Shown piece by piece: positions 28,799 to 38,746 of a stretch of DNA of 64,000 nt; within the stretch, counting starts at the first letter, position 1; each line of letters starts with the position of its first letter. The notes under the pieces were generated by a model, which was given only the letters and a program-made list of their open reading frames with translations, had not been told where the DNA came from and made no database searches. Location of the stretch: positions 25,588-89,587 of IMG/VR virus record IMGVR_UViG_3300028173_000007; one strand, 5' to 3'. The position numbers were made by a program, and so were the translations under genes. The DNA comes from a virus.

Positions 28799-30202
28799 AT
28801 GTTCGAGCTCCAGACTGACCGGGAGGTGCGGGAGCGGCTCGTCGCTCGTGTCGTCGCGCGGTCGGTCCTCTCCGACCTGGCACCGGGCGATCCCATGCTA
28901 CAGCTTCTCGGGGCGGCCGCCCTGGAGTTCGAGGGGGTGTATCTGGCCGCGGCCGAGATCCTCGCCCTGTTCAACCTCGACGACGCCACCGGGGAAGACC
29001 TCGACGAGCGCGGCGCCGAGGTCCTGCCCGACGGGCTCCCCAGGGGCGGGGCCTCTCGGGCCGTCGGCCAGCTTCGGTGGACCGCGCCGAACGCCGTCGC
29101 CGTCGAGGTGCCGATCCCGGCGGGCACCGTCGGCGCCCGCGCGGGGTCGCCGCCGACGAACTACGTCACCACCGAGGCCGGGCGCATCCCGGTCGGGTCC
29201 ACGCAAAGCGAGGCCCTCACCGGGGGGGACATCGCCGCGGCCGCGGCCGCGCCAGGTGGCGCCGCCAACGCGGCCATCGACTCGGTGCAGGTGTTCGTCG
29301 GGGCCGTGCCCAACGCGACCATTCTCACGAACCCCGCGCCCTTCCAGGGGGGGCGCGACGCCGAATCCGACGCGGACTACCGCGACCGGATCCGCGCCCA
29401 CCTGCGGACCCTCTCGCGGTGCATCCCCGAGGCCCTCGAACAACGCGCCCGCTCGGCCGAGGTCGCCGGGCGTCGCGTGACCGCGGCGCGCACCTGGGAG
29501 GATCCCGTGAACCGGGGGCACGTCGTGGTCTACATCGACGACGGTAGCGGCCAGCCGGCCGAGACCGCGGCGGCCGCGGCGGTGGTGTTCACCGACGCGG
29601 TGGCTGGGGCGGTGGGGGGCGAACAGGAGTTCTACGTCCCCCTCTGGCCCGTGTTCGGCAGCCTGACCGTGACGCACACGCCCAGCGGCGGGCCCGCCGC
29701 GGTGCTCACCGAGGGCACCGACTACGTTCTGATCGGCTCTCGCGGCCTCGTGTGGCTCACGTCCTCGGCCTTCCCGACCGGCCTCGCGACCGGGGCCAAG
29801 TTGGAGGTCTCGGCGTACACGCACTATGCGGGGCTGATCCGAGAGGCTCAGCGGCGAATCGAGGGGGACCCGGCAGATCGGGTGAACTACCCGACTTGGC
29901 GCGCGGGTGGCGTGGTGGTCGACGTGCTCCCCCCCGTGCTTCGCCAGGTGACCGTGACGGCGCACGTTGTGGCCGACGTGGACGCAGACCGAGAGGCCGT
30001 GGTCGCGAACGTCCGCCGGGCGCTGGCGGCCTATGTGAACGGCCTTGGCATCGGCCGCGCCGTCGTCCATTCCGAACTCGTGGAGCGGGCGATGGGCGTT
30101 GCGGGCATGTACGATGTGACCATCGAGGCGCCGGCGGCGAATATCCCCGTAGCCTTCAACGCCGTGGCGCGCGTCACCACGGCCAACTTGACCGTTTTGT
30201 AG
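28799..30202 (+). CDS. Baseplate J-like wedge protein
   Basis: ATGEDLDE, IPAGT, GGRDAESDADYRDRI, YVNGLGIG motifs. Confidence 0.9.
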   Translation: MFELQTDREVRERLVARVVARSVLSDLAPGDPMLQLLGAAALEFEGVYLAAAEILALFNLDDATGEDLDERGAEVLPDGLPRGGASRAVGQLRWTAPNAVAVEVPIPAGTVGARAGSPPTNYVTTEAGRIPVGSTQSEALTGGDIAAAAAAPGGAANAAIDSVQVFVGAVPNATILTNPAPFQGGRDAESDADYRDRIRAHLRTLSRCIPEALEQRARSAEVAGRRVTAARTWEDPVNRGHVVVYIDDGSGQPAETAAAAAVVFTDAVAGAVGGEQEFYVPLWPVFGSLTVTHTPSGGPAAVLTEGTDYVLIGSRGLVWLTSSAFPTGLATGAKLEVSAYTHYAGLIREAQRRIEGDPADRVNYPTWRAGGVVVDVLPPVLRQVTVTAHVVADVDADREAVVANVRRALAAYVNGLGIGRAVVHSELVERAMGVAGMYDVTIEAPAANIPVAFNAVARVTTANLTVL

Positions 30203-30211
30203 GGGGCGCAG

Positions 30212-30664
30212 GTGGCGAAACCGATTGCGATCACGGGGGGCGAGCAGACCCACGCCTACGCCGATCTTCCGCTGGTGGTGGGGCTCAACGGCGCATCATC
30301 CACCGCGGACGCCGGGCGGACTATCGTGTCCTACTCGTGGACCTTCCTCGAAGTCCCCCAGGGCTCGGCGGCGGTGCTGGCCAGCGCCGCCACCGCCACG
30401 CCGAACTTCACCGCAGACAAGCCGGGAACCTACCTCGCCGTGCTGGAGGTCACCGACTCGGGGGCCGAGATCAGCGACACCGACGTTCGGACCATGCCAG
30501 CGACGGCCTACGCGGCCGTGACGGTGACCACGCAGTTTCTCGCGCTCAAGGTGCCGGCCTGGCAGCAGCGGCGCGTGTCGCGCGAGCTCCAAAGCAACTG
30601 GCACGCCCTCGACGCGGAGATCGGCGCCGTGCGCGGCCGCCTTGACGCCCTGGAGACGCCCTGA
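30212..30664 (+). CDS. PKD/Ig-like domain virion protein
   Basis: LNGASS...IVSYSWT...PNFTADKPGTYLAVLEVTD. Confidence 0.7.
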   Translation: MAKPIAITGGEQTHAYADLPLVVGLNGASSTADAGRTIVSYSWTFLEVPQGSAAVLASAATATPNFTADKPGTYLAVLEVTDSGAEISDTDVRTMPATAYAAVTVTTQFLALKVPAWQQRRVSRELQSNWHALDAEIGAVRGRLDALETP

Positions 30665-31791
30665 TGGCCCTTCGCTACTCGTTCTTTGCCGCCGACGGCA
30701 CCGGCGCCGGCGTGACCGGCCTCACCCCCACGGTGGAGACCTGGCGGACAGCCGCGGGCGGCGCCCCATCGGACGCCCAGCCGAGCTTGACCGAGCTCGA
30801 CGCCACGAACGCGGCCGGCTGGTACTACTTCGATCTCGACGTGCAGGCGGACACGCTGATCGGCATCGACTTCACGGCAGCGACGACTAACGTCAAGGGC
30901 CCGAGCGGCTATAGCGGTGGGCGTCGCGTGTCCGCCGAGCTCCAGACCACCGACGCGGCCTTCACCAGTGCGCGACTCGCCAACCTCGACGAGCTCGGCG
31001 GCTCGAACCTGCCAGCCGACGTGGATACGCTCGTCGCGCGGCTCACCGCGACTCGCGCGGGCAACCTCGACGAGATCACCGGGACCCGCCTCTCCGAGCT
31101 CGACCCGGCCAACATGCCGGCCGGGGTGTCCACGGCGTCGGCCCAGGCCACGACGGCGGCCACGCAGGCCACGACGGCGGCCACGCAGGCCACGACGGCG
31201 GCCACGCAGGCCACGACGGCGGCCACGCAGGCCACGACGGCGGCCACGCAGGCCACCGCGGCCTCGGCCTCGGCCGCGACGGTTGAGACGCGGCTCTCCG
31301 CGGGTCGCGCGAGCAACCTCGACAAGATCGACGACGCGATCTCCAACGTGGCCGACAACGTGTGGGACGTGGCGGTCGGGGTGCCCGTCGTGGGCAGCTT
31401 CGGGGCGGCGGTCAACGACCAGCCCTCCCGCGTCTTCGCGTTCAGCCTGGGCGAATTCGATGCCGCGACGATGATCGCGGAGATCCTCGCGTGTTGCCGG
31501 GCCACCTCCGACAACGTGTGGGCGAAGATGCCCGCCGCGGCGGCCGCGCCGAACGGATCCTTCGGGTGGTTGCTGGAGCTCGCCGCGCGCATCGCCGCGA
31601 AGGTCAACGTGGTTGTCGACCCCGGCACCTTCGACGGGGTGAAGATGGAAGACGGCGCGATCCGCGTCTACCGCACCTTGGCGCACGCGGACCTCGACAA
31701 CCCCGCAAACGCCATCGCGACGATCAGCCTGGCCGCGGTCTATGACGGCTCCGACAACCTCGACAAGCTCACCGGGACCGAACCGGGGTGA
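30664..31791 (+). CDS. Fibre-like virion protein with heptad repeat
   Basis: (QATTAAT)x5 and repeated RxxNLD motifs. Confidence 0.6.
   Translation: MALRYSFFAADGTGAGVTGLTPTVETWRTAAGGAPSDAQPSLTELDATNAAGWYYFDLDVQADTLIGIDFTAATTNVKGPSGYSGGRRVSAELQTTDAAFTSARLANLDELGGSNLPADVDTLVARLTATRAGNLDEITGTRLSELDPANMPAGVSTASAQATTAATQATTAATQATTAATQATTAATQATTAATQATAASASAATVETRLSAGRASNLDKIDDAISNVADNVWDVAVGVPVVGSFGAAVNDQPSRVFAFSLGEFDAATMIAEILACCRATSDNVWAKMPAAAAAPNGSFGWLLELAARIAAKVNVVVDPGTFDGVKMEDGAIRVYRTLAHADLDNPANAIATISLAAVYDGSDNLDKLTGTEPG
31144..31256 (+). repeat. 21-bp perfect tandem repeat, 5 copies plus a partial
   Basis: caggccacgacggcggccacg. Confidence 0.95.
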
Positions 31792-32393
31792 GCTCACGGC
31801 ACACCATCGCGGCGATCACGGGGGGCTTCGGCCTTCCCGGTGTCTACGCGCCGGGCGTCCTGACCGAGCTCGTCCCCGCTCCAACGCTGGCGGACCCGCC
31901 GCCCGAGCCGGGGGGGTGGGGTGACCGCTTCGGGGAGGACTTCGGCGGGGGGGTGCCTGCACCTGCGGCGCAGTCCCCGTCGACCACCATCCCTGACGAT
32001 GGGGGCCTGTTCCTGACCGTGACCCTCTACGGGGCGCCGAACGGCCGCTACAGGGCCACCGTGGGCGGCGTGGGGGCCTACTCGGGCGTTCCGGGGCAGG
32101 GCTTCGACCTCTACCAGTCCGGCGAGCCGGTCCCCGAGCAATTCGGGGAGGGCGCCATCCTCTCGGTGCGAACGCTGCGCTTCGTCGCGCCGGCCGGCCT
32201 GGCCACCGGGGCTCACGACATCGTGATCGCCGGGCCGGGGGGCTACGTCGAGACCTTCGCCGGCGCCGTGAGCGTCGTGCGCCGGCCCCGGCGCGTCCTC
32301 GATTACTCATTCAGGGCTAAGTTCCCGCCGGGCTCATACACGGCGCTACGGGGGCTCGTGGAGCTCCCCAGCGGGGAGGTCCTCGACCCGTGA
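31788..32393 (+). CDS. Hypothetical baseplate/tail protein (Ig-like)
   Basis: GTGA overlaps on both sides. Confidence 0.55.
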   Translation: MSSRHTIAAITGGFGLPGVYAPGVLTELVPAPTLADPPPEPGGWGDRFGEDFGGGVPAPAAQSPSTTIPDDGGLFLTVTLYGAPNGRYRATVGGVGAYSGVPGQGFDLYQSGEPVPEQFGEGAILSVRTLRFVAPAGLATGAHDIVIAGPGGYVETFAGAVSVVRRPRRVLDYSFRAKFPPGSYTALRGLVELPSGEVLDP

Positions 32394-33700
32394 GCATCTA
32401 CAGGAACGGCCGCGAGGTGACCGACGCCCTGGGCGACGAGTTCAACCGCCTCGCCGGCGCCATCGCGACACGCCTTGTCGCAGACCTCCCGCCGGCAGGT
32501 CACGAGACGCCGCCAGCGGGCGCGGTGGCCGCGCAGGTTGAGACCACCTGGGCGATGGATGCCGCGGGCGGCGAGGTCATGATCCGGGGCGAGCGCATCC
32601 CCTACACGAGCGCCGGCGTGGGCCTGCTCTCGGGGCTCACCCGCGACCCGTTCGTCACCGAGACGTACCGCCGCGGCGAGCTCGTGGTGTACCTGGGTCG
32701 CACGTCGGCGCTCGACGAAGCGCGGGCCATGCTTCTCGCGCGCACGGCCGAGGGCCCGTATCTGGCGGTCAAGGGGCGCAACCTGGGCGTGCCTCGCTAC
32801 CTGAACGTGACCGAGCCCACCTATCGGTTGCTGATCCTCGCCCTGGCATACATGCCGGCGAAGGGATCGCGGGACAGCCTCGACACCCTGCTCGCGGCCC
32901 TGTTCGCTGATCAGGGCCTCGACGGCACCGGGGAAGCCTTCGCGGACGGGCGGGTAGTGGCCGCGGTGGGCACCTTCAAGGCGTCCATGCGCGGGCTCAT
33001 GGTAGACGTGGGCGCCCCCGCGATCCGCACGCGGATCCTTCGGGTGAGCGGCGACGGCGCGACGATCTGGTGCGACCGGCAGGGCTCCCCGCATTGGCTC
33101 CCCGCGGCCTTCCCGCCGGCGAACCCCGCAGCCTTCCACGTCCACCCCTGGGCGGTCTCTGAGCCGGCAGACCGGCCCTGCACCGTGCGGGTCACCGTGC
33201 GGACGCGGCCCGCCGCGTCACCGCTCGGCTACGCCTACCTCGCGCCGGCCGAGATCGTGACGCCGGTCGCCGTTGGCCAGGTGGCCGTCACGCACACGAT
33301 CCGCCAGGTGCTCGGGGTGTGGCTGGCCACCGACGCCCACCGGACGGGCACGAACTACGCCACGTCCAACACCTTCGCGGGGTCCGTCGTCACCCTCGAC
33401 ACCCCGCTCCCCGGCGCCCTCCCCGACGTGGTGGTGGACTACGGGTGGGCCTATCCCGAGGGCGGCGCCGGCGCCGGGGGTCTGCCCGGTGACGCCACCG
33501 GCCGCGGCACCGCCGAGATCCTGCCCGGCGTCCACGTTCGCAACCCTGACCCCATCATGGCGGGCGAGGTGCAGGTGGGCGAGCTCGTGCGATATCCGCT
33601 CTACCTGGGCGGGCGCCTGTCCGCGCTTCGAGCTATCCTCGACGCGCTCACCGTGGCCGGGGTGATCGCTGAATCCGATATCGGGGTGTGGGAGTCGTAG
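32390..33700 (+). CDS. Putative baseplate wedge / fibre-attachment protein
   Basis: TAEGPYL..KGRNLGVPR...YRLLI resembles P2 gpI-like wedge N-termini. Confidence 0.55.
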   Translation: MSIYRNGREVTDALGDEFNRLAGAIATRLVADLPPAGHETPPAGAVAAQVETTWAMDAAGGEVMIRGERIPYTSAGVGLLSGLTRDPFVTETYRRGELVVYLGRTSALDEARAMLLARTAEGPYLAVKGRNLGVPRYLNVTEPTYRLLILALAYMPAKGSRDSLDTLLAALFADQGLDGTGEAFADGRVVAAVGTFKASMRGLMVDVGAPAIRTRILRVSGDGATIWCDRQGSPHWLPAAFPPANPAAFHVHPWAVSEPADRPCTVRVTVRTRPAASPLGYAYLAPAEIVTPVAVGQVAVTHTIRQVLGVWLATDAHRTGTNYATSNTFAGSVVTLDTPLPGALPDVVVDYGWAYPEGGAGAGGLPGDATGRGTAEILPGVHVRNPDPIMAGEVQVGELVRYPLYLGGRLSALRAILDALTVAGVIAESDIGVWES

Positions 33701-33701
33701 C

Positions 33702-36134
33702 ATGAGACGAGTCATTTTCAAGCTCGACGGGCAACGGCTCGACCGCCCCGACGCGGAGGCGCTACACGCGCTCCCCGACGAGGCCCTCCGCGACATTCTC
33801 CGCGGGCTGGTGAGCGGCGCGGAGAAGTTCGTCCTGGGCGGCTTCGAGGTCACGTTGACCGGCCCGAGTGAGCCGAAGCAGATCAACGTCGCACTCGGGG
33901 CCGCGGTGAGCGGCTGGACGCGCGACGACGGCGTGACCGAGTACGGGCAGCTACTCGACGAGGGGCTACAGGCCGCGCTCTTGTACGACTTCGCCGGCCT
34001 GGCCGCCGGCACCTATTCGGTGTGGGTCCGTTTCGCCTACGTCGAGGGGCAGACCGCGAACCGCGCCTACCTGGCCGACGTGGCCGGCGTGGGCGTGGAG
34101 CGGGTGCAGCCCACCGAGACGCGCCTCCTGGCCGATTGGGAGCTCACCGCGACCCGAGACGGCGTGGACCCTGATCCCGGCTTCGGGTGGCTGCGCGTGG
34201 CGCGCGTGGCCTACTCGGGCGCCGATCTCGTGGATACTGACATCGTGCTCGGCCGCGAATCTCTGTTCGAGGGCGTGGGCACCGCGAGCGGCTGGGCCCT
34301 TCCCGATCACAGCCGAGACGACGACCGCCTGGCGAACGGCCTGACCACGCTCAAGACCTGGGCCTGGGCCATCATGCGCCGGGTGCAGGAGCTCGGCGGG
34401 GCCAAGTGGCACCGCGCGCCGCTCTACGCCGAGAACGTCCGCAGCGCCAGCACCGAGATCGGCATCGTGGACGGGACCGGCGATGCCGACAGCGCGCACC
34501 TCAAGTTGACCTCACCAGTGGCCGCCCTGGCGCTCACGGTGCAGTTCGCGGGAGGCGTGGGGCAGGACCCCCGCGCCGGGGTGGTCTTTCATCCCCAGGC
34601 GGCGGCGCCTGGCCAGTGGGACATCGACGCATCGGCTGGGTCTGTCCTGCTCTCGGCCTCTACCATCCGGCGCTACATTCGCGGTGCCGGCGGCATCCTC
34701 TCGCGCACCGCCGGCGCGAACGCCCTACTCACGAACGCCGGCGCGGCCCTGCACACCTTCCGCGGCCTGACCTTCCGCGCAGCGGCGGGGGGTGACCCCC
34801 TTCTCCTGCTCAACGGCGGCGACCTGACCTTCGTGGACTGCCGTTTCGAGGACACCGGCGGGGCCACGTCTGCTCTCGTGGAGCTCACCGGCGCGGCGCG
34901 CGTCCGCTTCATCAACTGCACCTGGGTCCCCGCCGCGGGGGCTGACGGCCTACTGGTGAACCATGCCGGCGCAGACGTGGTACTCGACGGCTGCACCTGG
35001 GCCGGCGGCCGCTACGGCGCCCAGATCGCCACCACGCCCGCGCGGCTTCTGGTGCGCGCTCCGCACTTCACCGGCGGCATCGACACCGGGATCAAGGGCG
35101 CGGCCGGTGGTGAGGTGCTGGAGCTCACCGGGCCCACCTCGGACGGCTCGATTGTGACTGCCCTCGTGGACCTGGGCGGCACGGCGCCGGTCTTCTACTC
35201 GGGGGCCGGCGCCGCCGATGCGCTGGTGCCCAACACGGGGGACGTGCGGCCCTCGCTGGACGCCGGCGTGCTCCGAGCTCGCAAGGGGCGCCTGTACCTC
35301 GACCACCGGACGGGGGGCGCCGCGGGCGGCCGGTATATCTACGCCGCCGACGGATTCCTCAAGGGCACCGCGCGCGACCTGGGCGCCCTCGACGCCGACT
35401 TCCGCTATCTGCACGCCGGCGGGCGGCGGGTCATGCTCCAGTCCGGCACGGCCGGCCGAGGCCGCGGCATGGTCTACGACCCGACCGAGATCGGCGGCCT
35501 GGGCCTGATTCAGATCGCGGACGTGGACGACCCCGGCGGGGGCGAGGTCGTCACGCCCGACGTGGGCCTCAACGCTGACCGCATCCTCCTGGGCCGGACC
35601 ATCGGCGCGAACGCGGCCGGGTGGCTGACCCGACACACGGCCTTGCGCGGGTGGGTCCGCATTCGCGTGGACGAAGGTTTCGCGGCGCCCTACTTCCAAG
35701 TCGAGTCCGCCCGCGGGGACGGGACGCCAATCGCGGTGACGCGCGAGCTCGACGACGTGAACGGAGACGCCCACTACTACACGATCCGGCATGACGCCTT
35801 CGGCGGCGGGATCGACACATGCTTCTCGGCGCAGGGCTACGCCGGGGCACTCGGTCAACGAAACTACGACCAGAACGCGGCCTTTTCCGAGACCCTCGGC
35901 CGGACCTTCCACGTTGATCTGCGGCAGTTGCAGATCGGCGGGGACGTGACACTCGTCCTCGTGCCCTACATGCGCGAACCGAACGGCGACATCGTGCATT
36001 TCAAGGGCGATGCGACCTGGGCGACCGCCATCGGGACCTATTGGGATCTGCCGAAGGCCTACGAGATCCACGTCCAGGCCCACGGGAAGGCCGGCGCGGA
36101 GTTTGTCGAGGGGGGTGGTGACCTCTGGCCTTAG
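33702..36134 (+). CDS. Tail spike/fibre with pectin-lyase-like beta-helix
   Basis: 810 aa; repeated TFRGLTF, TFVDCRF, RFINCTW, VLDGCTW strands; last gene of the tail module. Confidence 0.7.
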   Translation: MRRVIFKLDGQRLDRPDAEALHALPDEALRDILRGLVSGAEKFVLGGFEVTLTGPSEPKQINVALGAAVSGWTRDDGVTEYGQLLDEGLQAALLYDFAGLAAGTYSVWVRFAYVEGQTANRAYLADVAGVGVERVQPTETRLLADWELTATRDGVDPDPGFGWLRVARVAYSGADLVDTDIVLGRESLFEGVGTASGWALPDHSRDDDRLANGLTTLKTWAWAIMRRVQELGGAKWHRAPLYAENVRSASTEIGIVDGTGDADSAHLKLTSPVAALALTVQFAGGVGQDPRAGVVFHPQAAAPGQWDIDASAGSVLLSASTIRRYIRGAGGILSRTAGANALLTNAGAALHTFRGLTFRAAAGGDPLLLLNGGDLTFVDCRFEDTGGATSALVELTGAARVRFINCTWVPAAGADGLLVNHAGADVVLDGCTWAGGRYGAQIATTPARLLVRAPHFTGGIDTGIKGAAGGEVLELTGPTSDGSIVTALVDLGGTAPVFYSGAGAADALVPNTGDVRPSLDAGVLRARKGRLYLDHRTGGAAGGRYIYAADGFLKGTARDLGALDADFRYLHAGGRRVMLQSGTAGRGRGMVYDPTEIGGLGLIQIADVDDPGGGEVVTPDVGLNADRILLGRTIGANAAGWLTRHTALRGWVRIRVDEGFAAPYFQVESARGDGTPIAVTRELDDVNGDAHYYTIRHDAFGGGIDTCFSAQGYAGALGQRNYDQNAAFSETLGRTFHVDLRQLQIGGDVTLVLVPYMREPNGDIVHFKGDATWATAIGTYWDLPKAYEIHVQAHGKAGAEFVEGGGDLWP

Positions 36135-36340
36135 CCGAGGACGCCGGCCGCGGTGAGGCGCTCAACCGCCCTCGCCAGGCGGTAGCGGTCGAGCTCGGTA
36201 CAGACGGCGGACGGTAGGACGACCGCGCTTCGGACGGGGCTTCTGGGGTCGTACCATTCCTCGACGCACGACAACTGCGGCACATCGCCGCACGTCCAGC
36301 CCTTCGCGGTGAGGTGCTCGGTGAGCTCAAGGCGCGTCAC
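36131..36340 (-). CDS. Small hypothetical protein
   Basis: GTG overlapping the receiver gene stop (GTGA). Confidence 0.5.
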   Translation of the reverse strand: MTRLELTEHLTAKGWTCGDVPQLSCVEEWYDPRSPVRSAVVLPSAVCTELDRYRLARAVERLTAAGVLG

Positions 36341-36912
36341 TGGCCGAGCAGCGCGGATACCGTGGCGTAGGGCTCGCCAGGCACGAAGGGTTTGCGCACA
36401 TAGGGCACGCCCAGGTCCTCGGCCACCCCAGGCGCGAAGGTGGCCGAACCCGACATCAACGCGAAGGGCACGCCCAGCGACGCCGCCAGCACCCCGAGGT
36501 CTCGCCCGTAATATGGGTCCATGTGCAGATCGGAGAGCACCGCAAGGGGTGTGCGTCTGATCCACCAGCCCACCGCGACCGGCCGCAGGGGGATCACGGG
36601 GACCGTGAGGTGCATCCCGAGCATTCGCGCCACCGATTTACGAATGTAGGCCTGATCGTCCACCACGAGGACGGCGCGGGTGTAGGGCCCGAACCGCGGC
36701 TTCGCAAACTGCGCCAACATGCCGAAGGTGCAGCCCTCGACGTGTTGGATCGCGCCCCGCGAGGCCCCGGTCTCGTCGCACATGGCGCAGCGCCAGGACA
36801 CCCCGCCCGTTCGGTCTCGGTCGTACTCACCAGTCGCCCCGGAGTGAAACATGGTCGCGCTTCGGGGCGCGGGGCCATCCTCGAACGGCAATCCGACCGG
36901 CCGCTCAGACAT
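36337..36912 (-). CDS. CheY-like response regulator receiver protein with N-terminal Cys/His motif
   Basis: VLVVDD, VLSDLHMD (acceptor Asp), LMSG and RKPF all present; N-terminal CAMC...HVEGC. Confidence 0.8.
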   Translation of the reverse strand: MSERPVGLPFEDGPAPRSATMFHSGATGEYDRDRTGGVSWRCAMCDETGASRGAIQHVEGCTFGMLAQFAKPRFGPYTRAVLVVDDQAYIRKSVARMLGMHLTVPVIPLRPVAVGWWIRRTPLAVLSDLHMDPYYGRDLGVLAASLGVPFALMSGSATFAPGVAEDLGVPYVRKPFVPGEPYATVSALLGQ

Positions 36913-37030
36913 CGGACCACCACCCCAGCCGAGCACCGGCGACGAAGACCCCCAGGGCCCCACCGCTGACCAGCGACAGCACCAGAAGCCCGTAAGCCCA
37001 TGCCGCCGCGTCGTCTACCCCTGTCCCCAT
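36905..37030 (-). CDS. Small single-TM membrane peptide (41 aa)
   Basis: MGTGVDDAAAWAYGLLVLSLVSGGALGVFVAGARLGWWSDV; GGAGG RBS; stop overlaps the receiver start. Confidence 0.5.
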   Translation of the reverse strand: MGTGVDDAAAWAYGLLVLSLVSGGALGVFVAGARLGWWSDV

Positions 37031-37055
37031 GCGAGCCCTCCCGTTGTGTCCAGTG

Positions 37056-37123
37056 AGCGTGGACGGCATACGAACGCCTGTCAATGTTCTGCGCCCGCTC
37101 ACGCTGGTGATAGGATCACCAGC
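37056..37123. promoter_or_regulatory. Divergent control region between receiver operon and lysis cassette
   Basis: Minus-strand TTGACA (37079-37084)-N17-CACGCT; perfect inverted repeat gctggtgat-agg-atcaccagc (37103-37123). Confidence 0.45.
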
Positions 37124-37141
37124 CTAACCCGAGGTGAGTCA

Positions 37142-37993
37142 ATGAGCTTTGCGACTGCTCTCGCCGCTCTTGAGGCGGCCCACGCCGACGAGCTCCGACA
37201 CGTCTCCCGTGAGGGCGCACACGAGCGGCTCGACCTCGAAGCGAGGATCGCGGAGCTCAGCGCGGAGCTCAGCGCGCGCCAGGTGGTGCCCTCCCCGCAG
37301 GCGGCGCCGCTCGGGGCGGGCACCGAGCTCGGCGGGCCCGGTCGCGTGGCTGTGTCGGCCGCGCTGGCGGACTGGCGCGCGGTCGTTCAGGAGCCGCCGG
37401 GAACGGGGGCCGAGCGCATTCACGAGATCATCGAGGCGTGCGGGTGGGGCTACTCGGTGGTCTCGGCCGACGAGCGGGCCGAGCGCCGGCGCGATGGCCA
37501 GCCGCACCCCGACCGCTACACCCACAACGGGGATTTCTCGTGGTGTGGGTGTGCCGTGGGCTCGTGGTGGGCCCAGGCCGCTTTGCGGCCCGTCTGCCGT
37601 CCTGGCATCGACGAGCGAAGCGCGCGCAGCTACAAGCGGACCCCGCTCAAGGTCTTTTCGTCGTGCTACAGGCTCGTCCACCACTACGCGGCGGGTACGC
37701 CGCGGATCGTTGACCCCGAGGGCGTGCAGGCCGGCGACATCGTGATCGTCGGCCCGAAGCCTGGCCACCGCAAGGCGAGGACGTGGGGCGCGCATGTGAC
37801 GATGGCCACCGGGCCGCTACAGGCCGACGGGGAGGTCCCCACCGTCGAGGGGAACGCCAAGGGGCGAGGCCCGAACGGTGACACCTACGAGGGCGTGGTG
37901 TGTCGCTCTCGGCCGCTGGCGAGCAACCGCGCTTCCGTCTACCGTGTGCTCCATTGTATCCGGCCCATCGCGGCCGACTTCGCGGAGGTGTGA
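37142..37993 (+). CDS. Endolysin, CHAP/NlpC-P60 amidase
   Basis: SWCGCAV (Cys), AGDIVIV, HV (His), TVEGNA; GAGG RBS; upstream of holin/spanins. Confidence 0.78.
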   Translation: MSFATALAALEAAHADELRHVSREGAHERLDLEARIAELSAELSARQVVPSPQAAPLGAGTELGGPGRVAVSAALADWRAVVQEPPGTGAERIHEIIEACGWGYSVVSADERAERRRDGQPHPDRYTHNGDFSWCGCAVGSWWAQAALRPVCRPGIDERSARSYKRTPLKVFSSCYRLVHHYAAGTPRIVDPEGVQAGDIVIVGPKPGHRKARTWGAHVTMATGPLQADGEVPTVEGNAKGRGPNGDTYEGVVCRSRPLASNRASVYRVLHCIRPIAADFAEV

Positions 37994-38454
37994 TCTTGTC
38001 CCGTCTCGTGTTCCTCATGTTCGCCCTCGTGCCGGCCGCTGCGCTGGCCCAGGAGGCCGCCGCGGCCTCCCCCTGGGCCTCGGCCCTCGGCTATCTGCTC
38101 CAGGCGGCAGCGGTCGTCCTGCTCGCCCTCGCGAGCCTGGCCTCGAAGCGGCTTTTGGCCCGCTTCGGCGTGAAGCAGTCCGCGGAGCTCCAGGCCGCCA
38201 TTCAGAACACGGTACGCACCGGCGTATCCGCGGCCGAGGAATGGGCCGCGCGAGAGCTCAAGGCCGGACGGGTGCCCGACAGCCGCGAGAAGTTCGAGCT
38301 CGTGCTAGGGCTCGTCAAGGCCGCCTGGCCGAAGGCCCGCGAGAACGATGTTGTGCAGGCCATCGACGCCGAGCTCGCGCGAACCCCTGGCCTGGGCGCC
38401 ACCGGCAAGCGCGCCGTTGGGCGCTTCGATGAATTCGAGGGCATGGAGGGGTGA
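37990..38454 (+). CDS. Holin (LL-H-like)
   Basis: Hydrophobic N-terminal segments, then VSAAEE...KFELV...IDAEL. Confidence 0.6.
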   Translation: MILSRLVFLMFALVPAAALAQEAAAASPWASALGYLLQAAAVVLLALASLASKRLLARFGVKQSAELQAAIQNTVRTGVSAAEEWAARELKAGRVPDSREKFELVLGLVKAAWPKARENDVVQAIDAELARTPGLGATGKRAVGRFDEFEGMEG

Positions 38455-38455
38455 C

Positions 38456-38746
38456 GTGGAGGCGCTCCTTTCGGCCCTCGCGGCCCTTCTCCTGGCCGCG
38501 GTCCCTCTCCTGCTCGCGTGGGTGGAGAAGCGCGTCGAGGCCTCGCCGCGCGAAGTGCGCCGCGCCAGCCTCGACGCGGAGCTCCGCGACACCACGAAGG
38601 CCCTCGCGGCAAACGATGCGCGCGCCCTCGCTGCGGTGTGGGCTCGTCGCACTCGTCGTCTCCGCTTGCGGGGGGTGTCCCCGCCCTCCCGAGACCGCGC
38701 CCGAGATCGTGACGGTATCGACGGCCGAGATCCGGCCCTGCGCTGA
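38456..38746 (+). CDS. Rz-like inner-membrane spanin
   Basis: N-terminal TM (ALLSALAALLLAAVPLLLAW) plus helical domain. Confidence 0.5.
   Translation: MEALLSALAALLLAAVPLLLAWVEKRVEASPREVRRASLDAELRDTTKALAANDARALAAVWARRTRRLRLRGVSPPSRDRARDRDGIDGRDPALR

Noticed and set aside
18653-30202. Extracellular contractile injection system or tailocin
   Set aside because: Capsid, protease, terminase and replication genes show a real phage
31144-31256. Possible CRISPR-like repeat
   Set aside because: Contiguous in-frame units with no spacers
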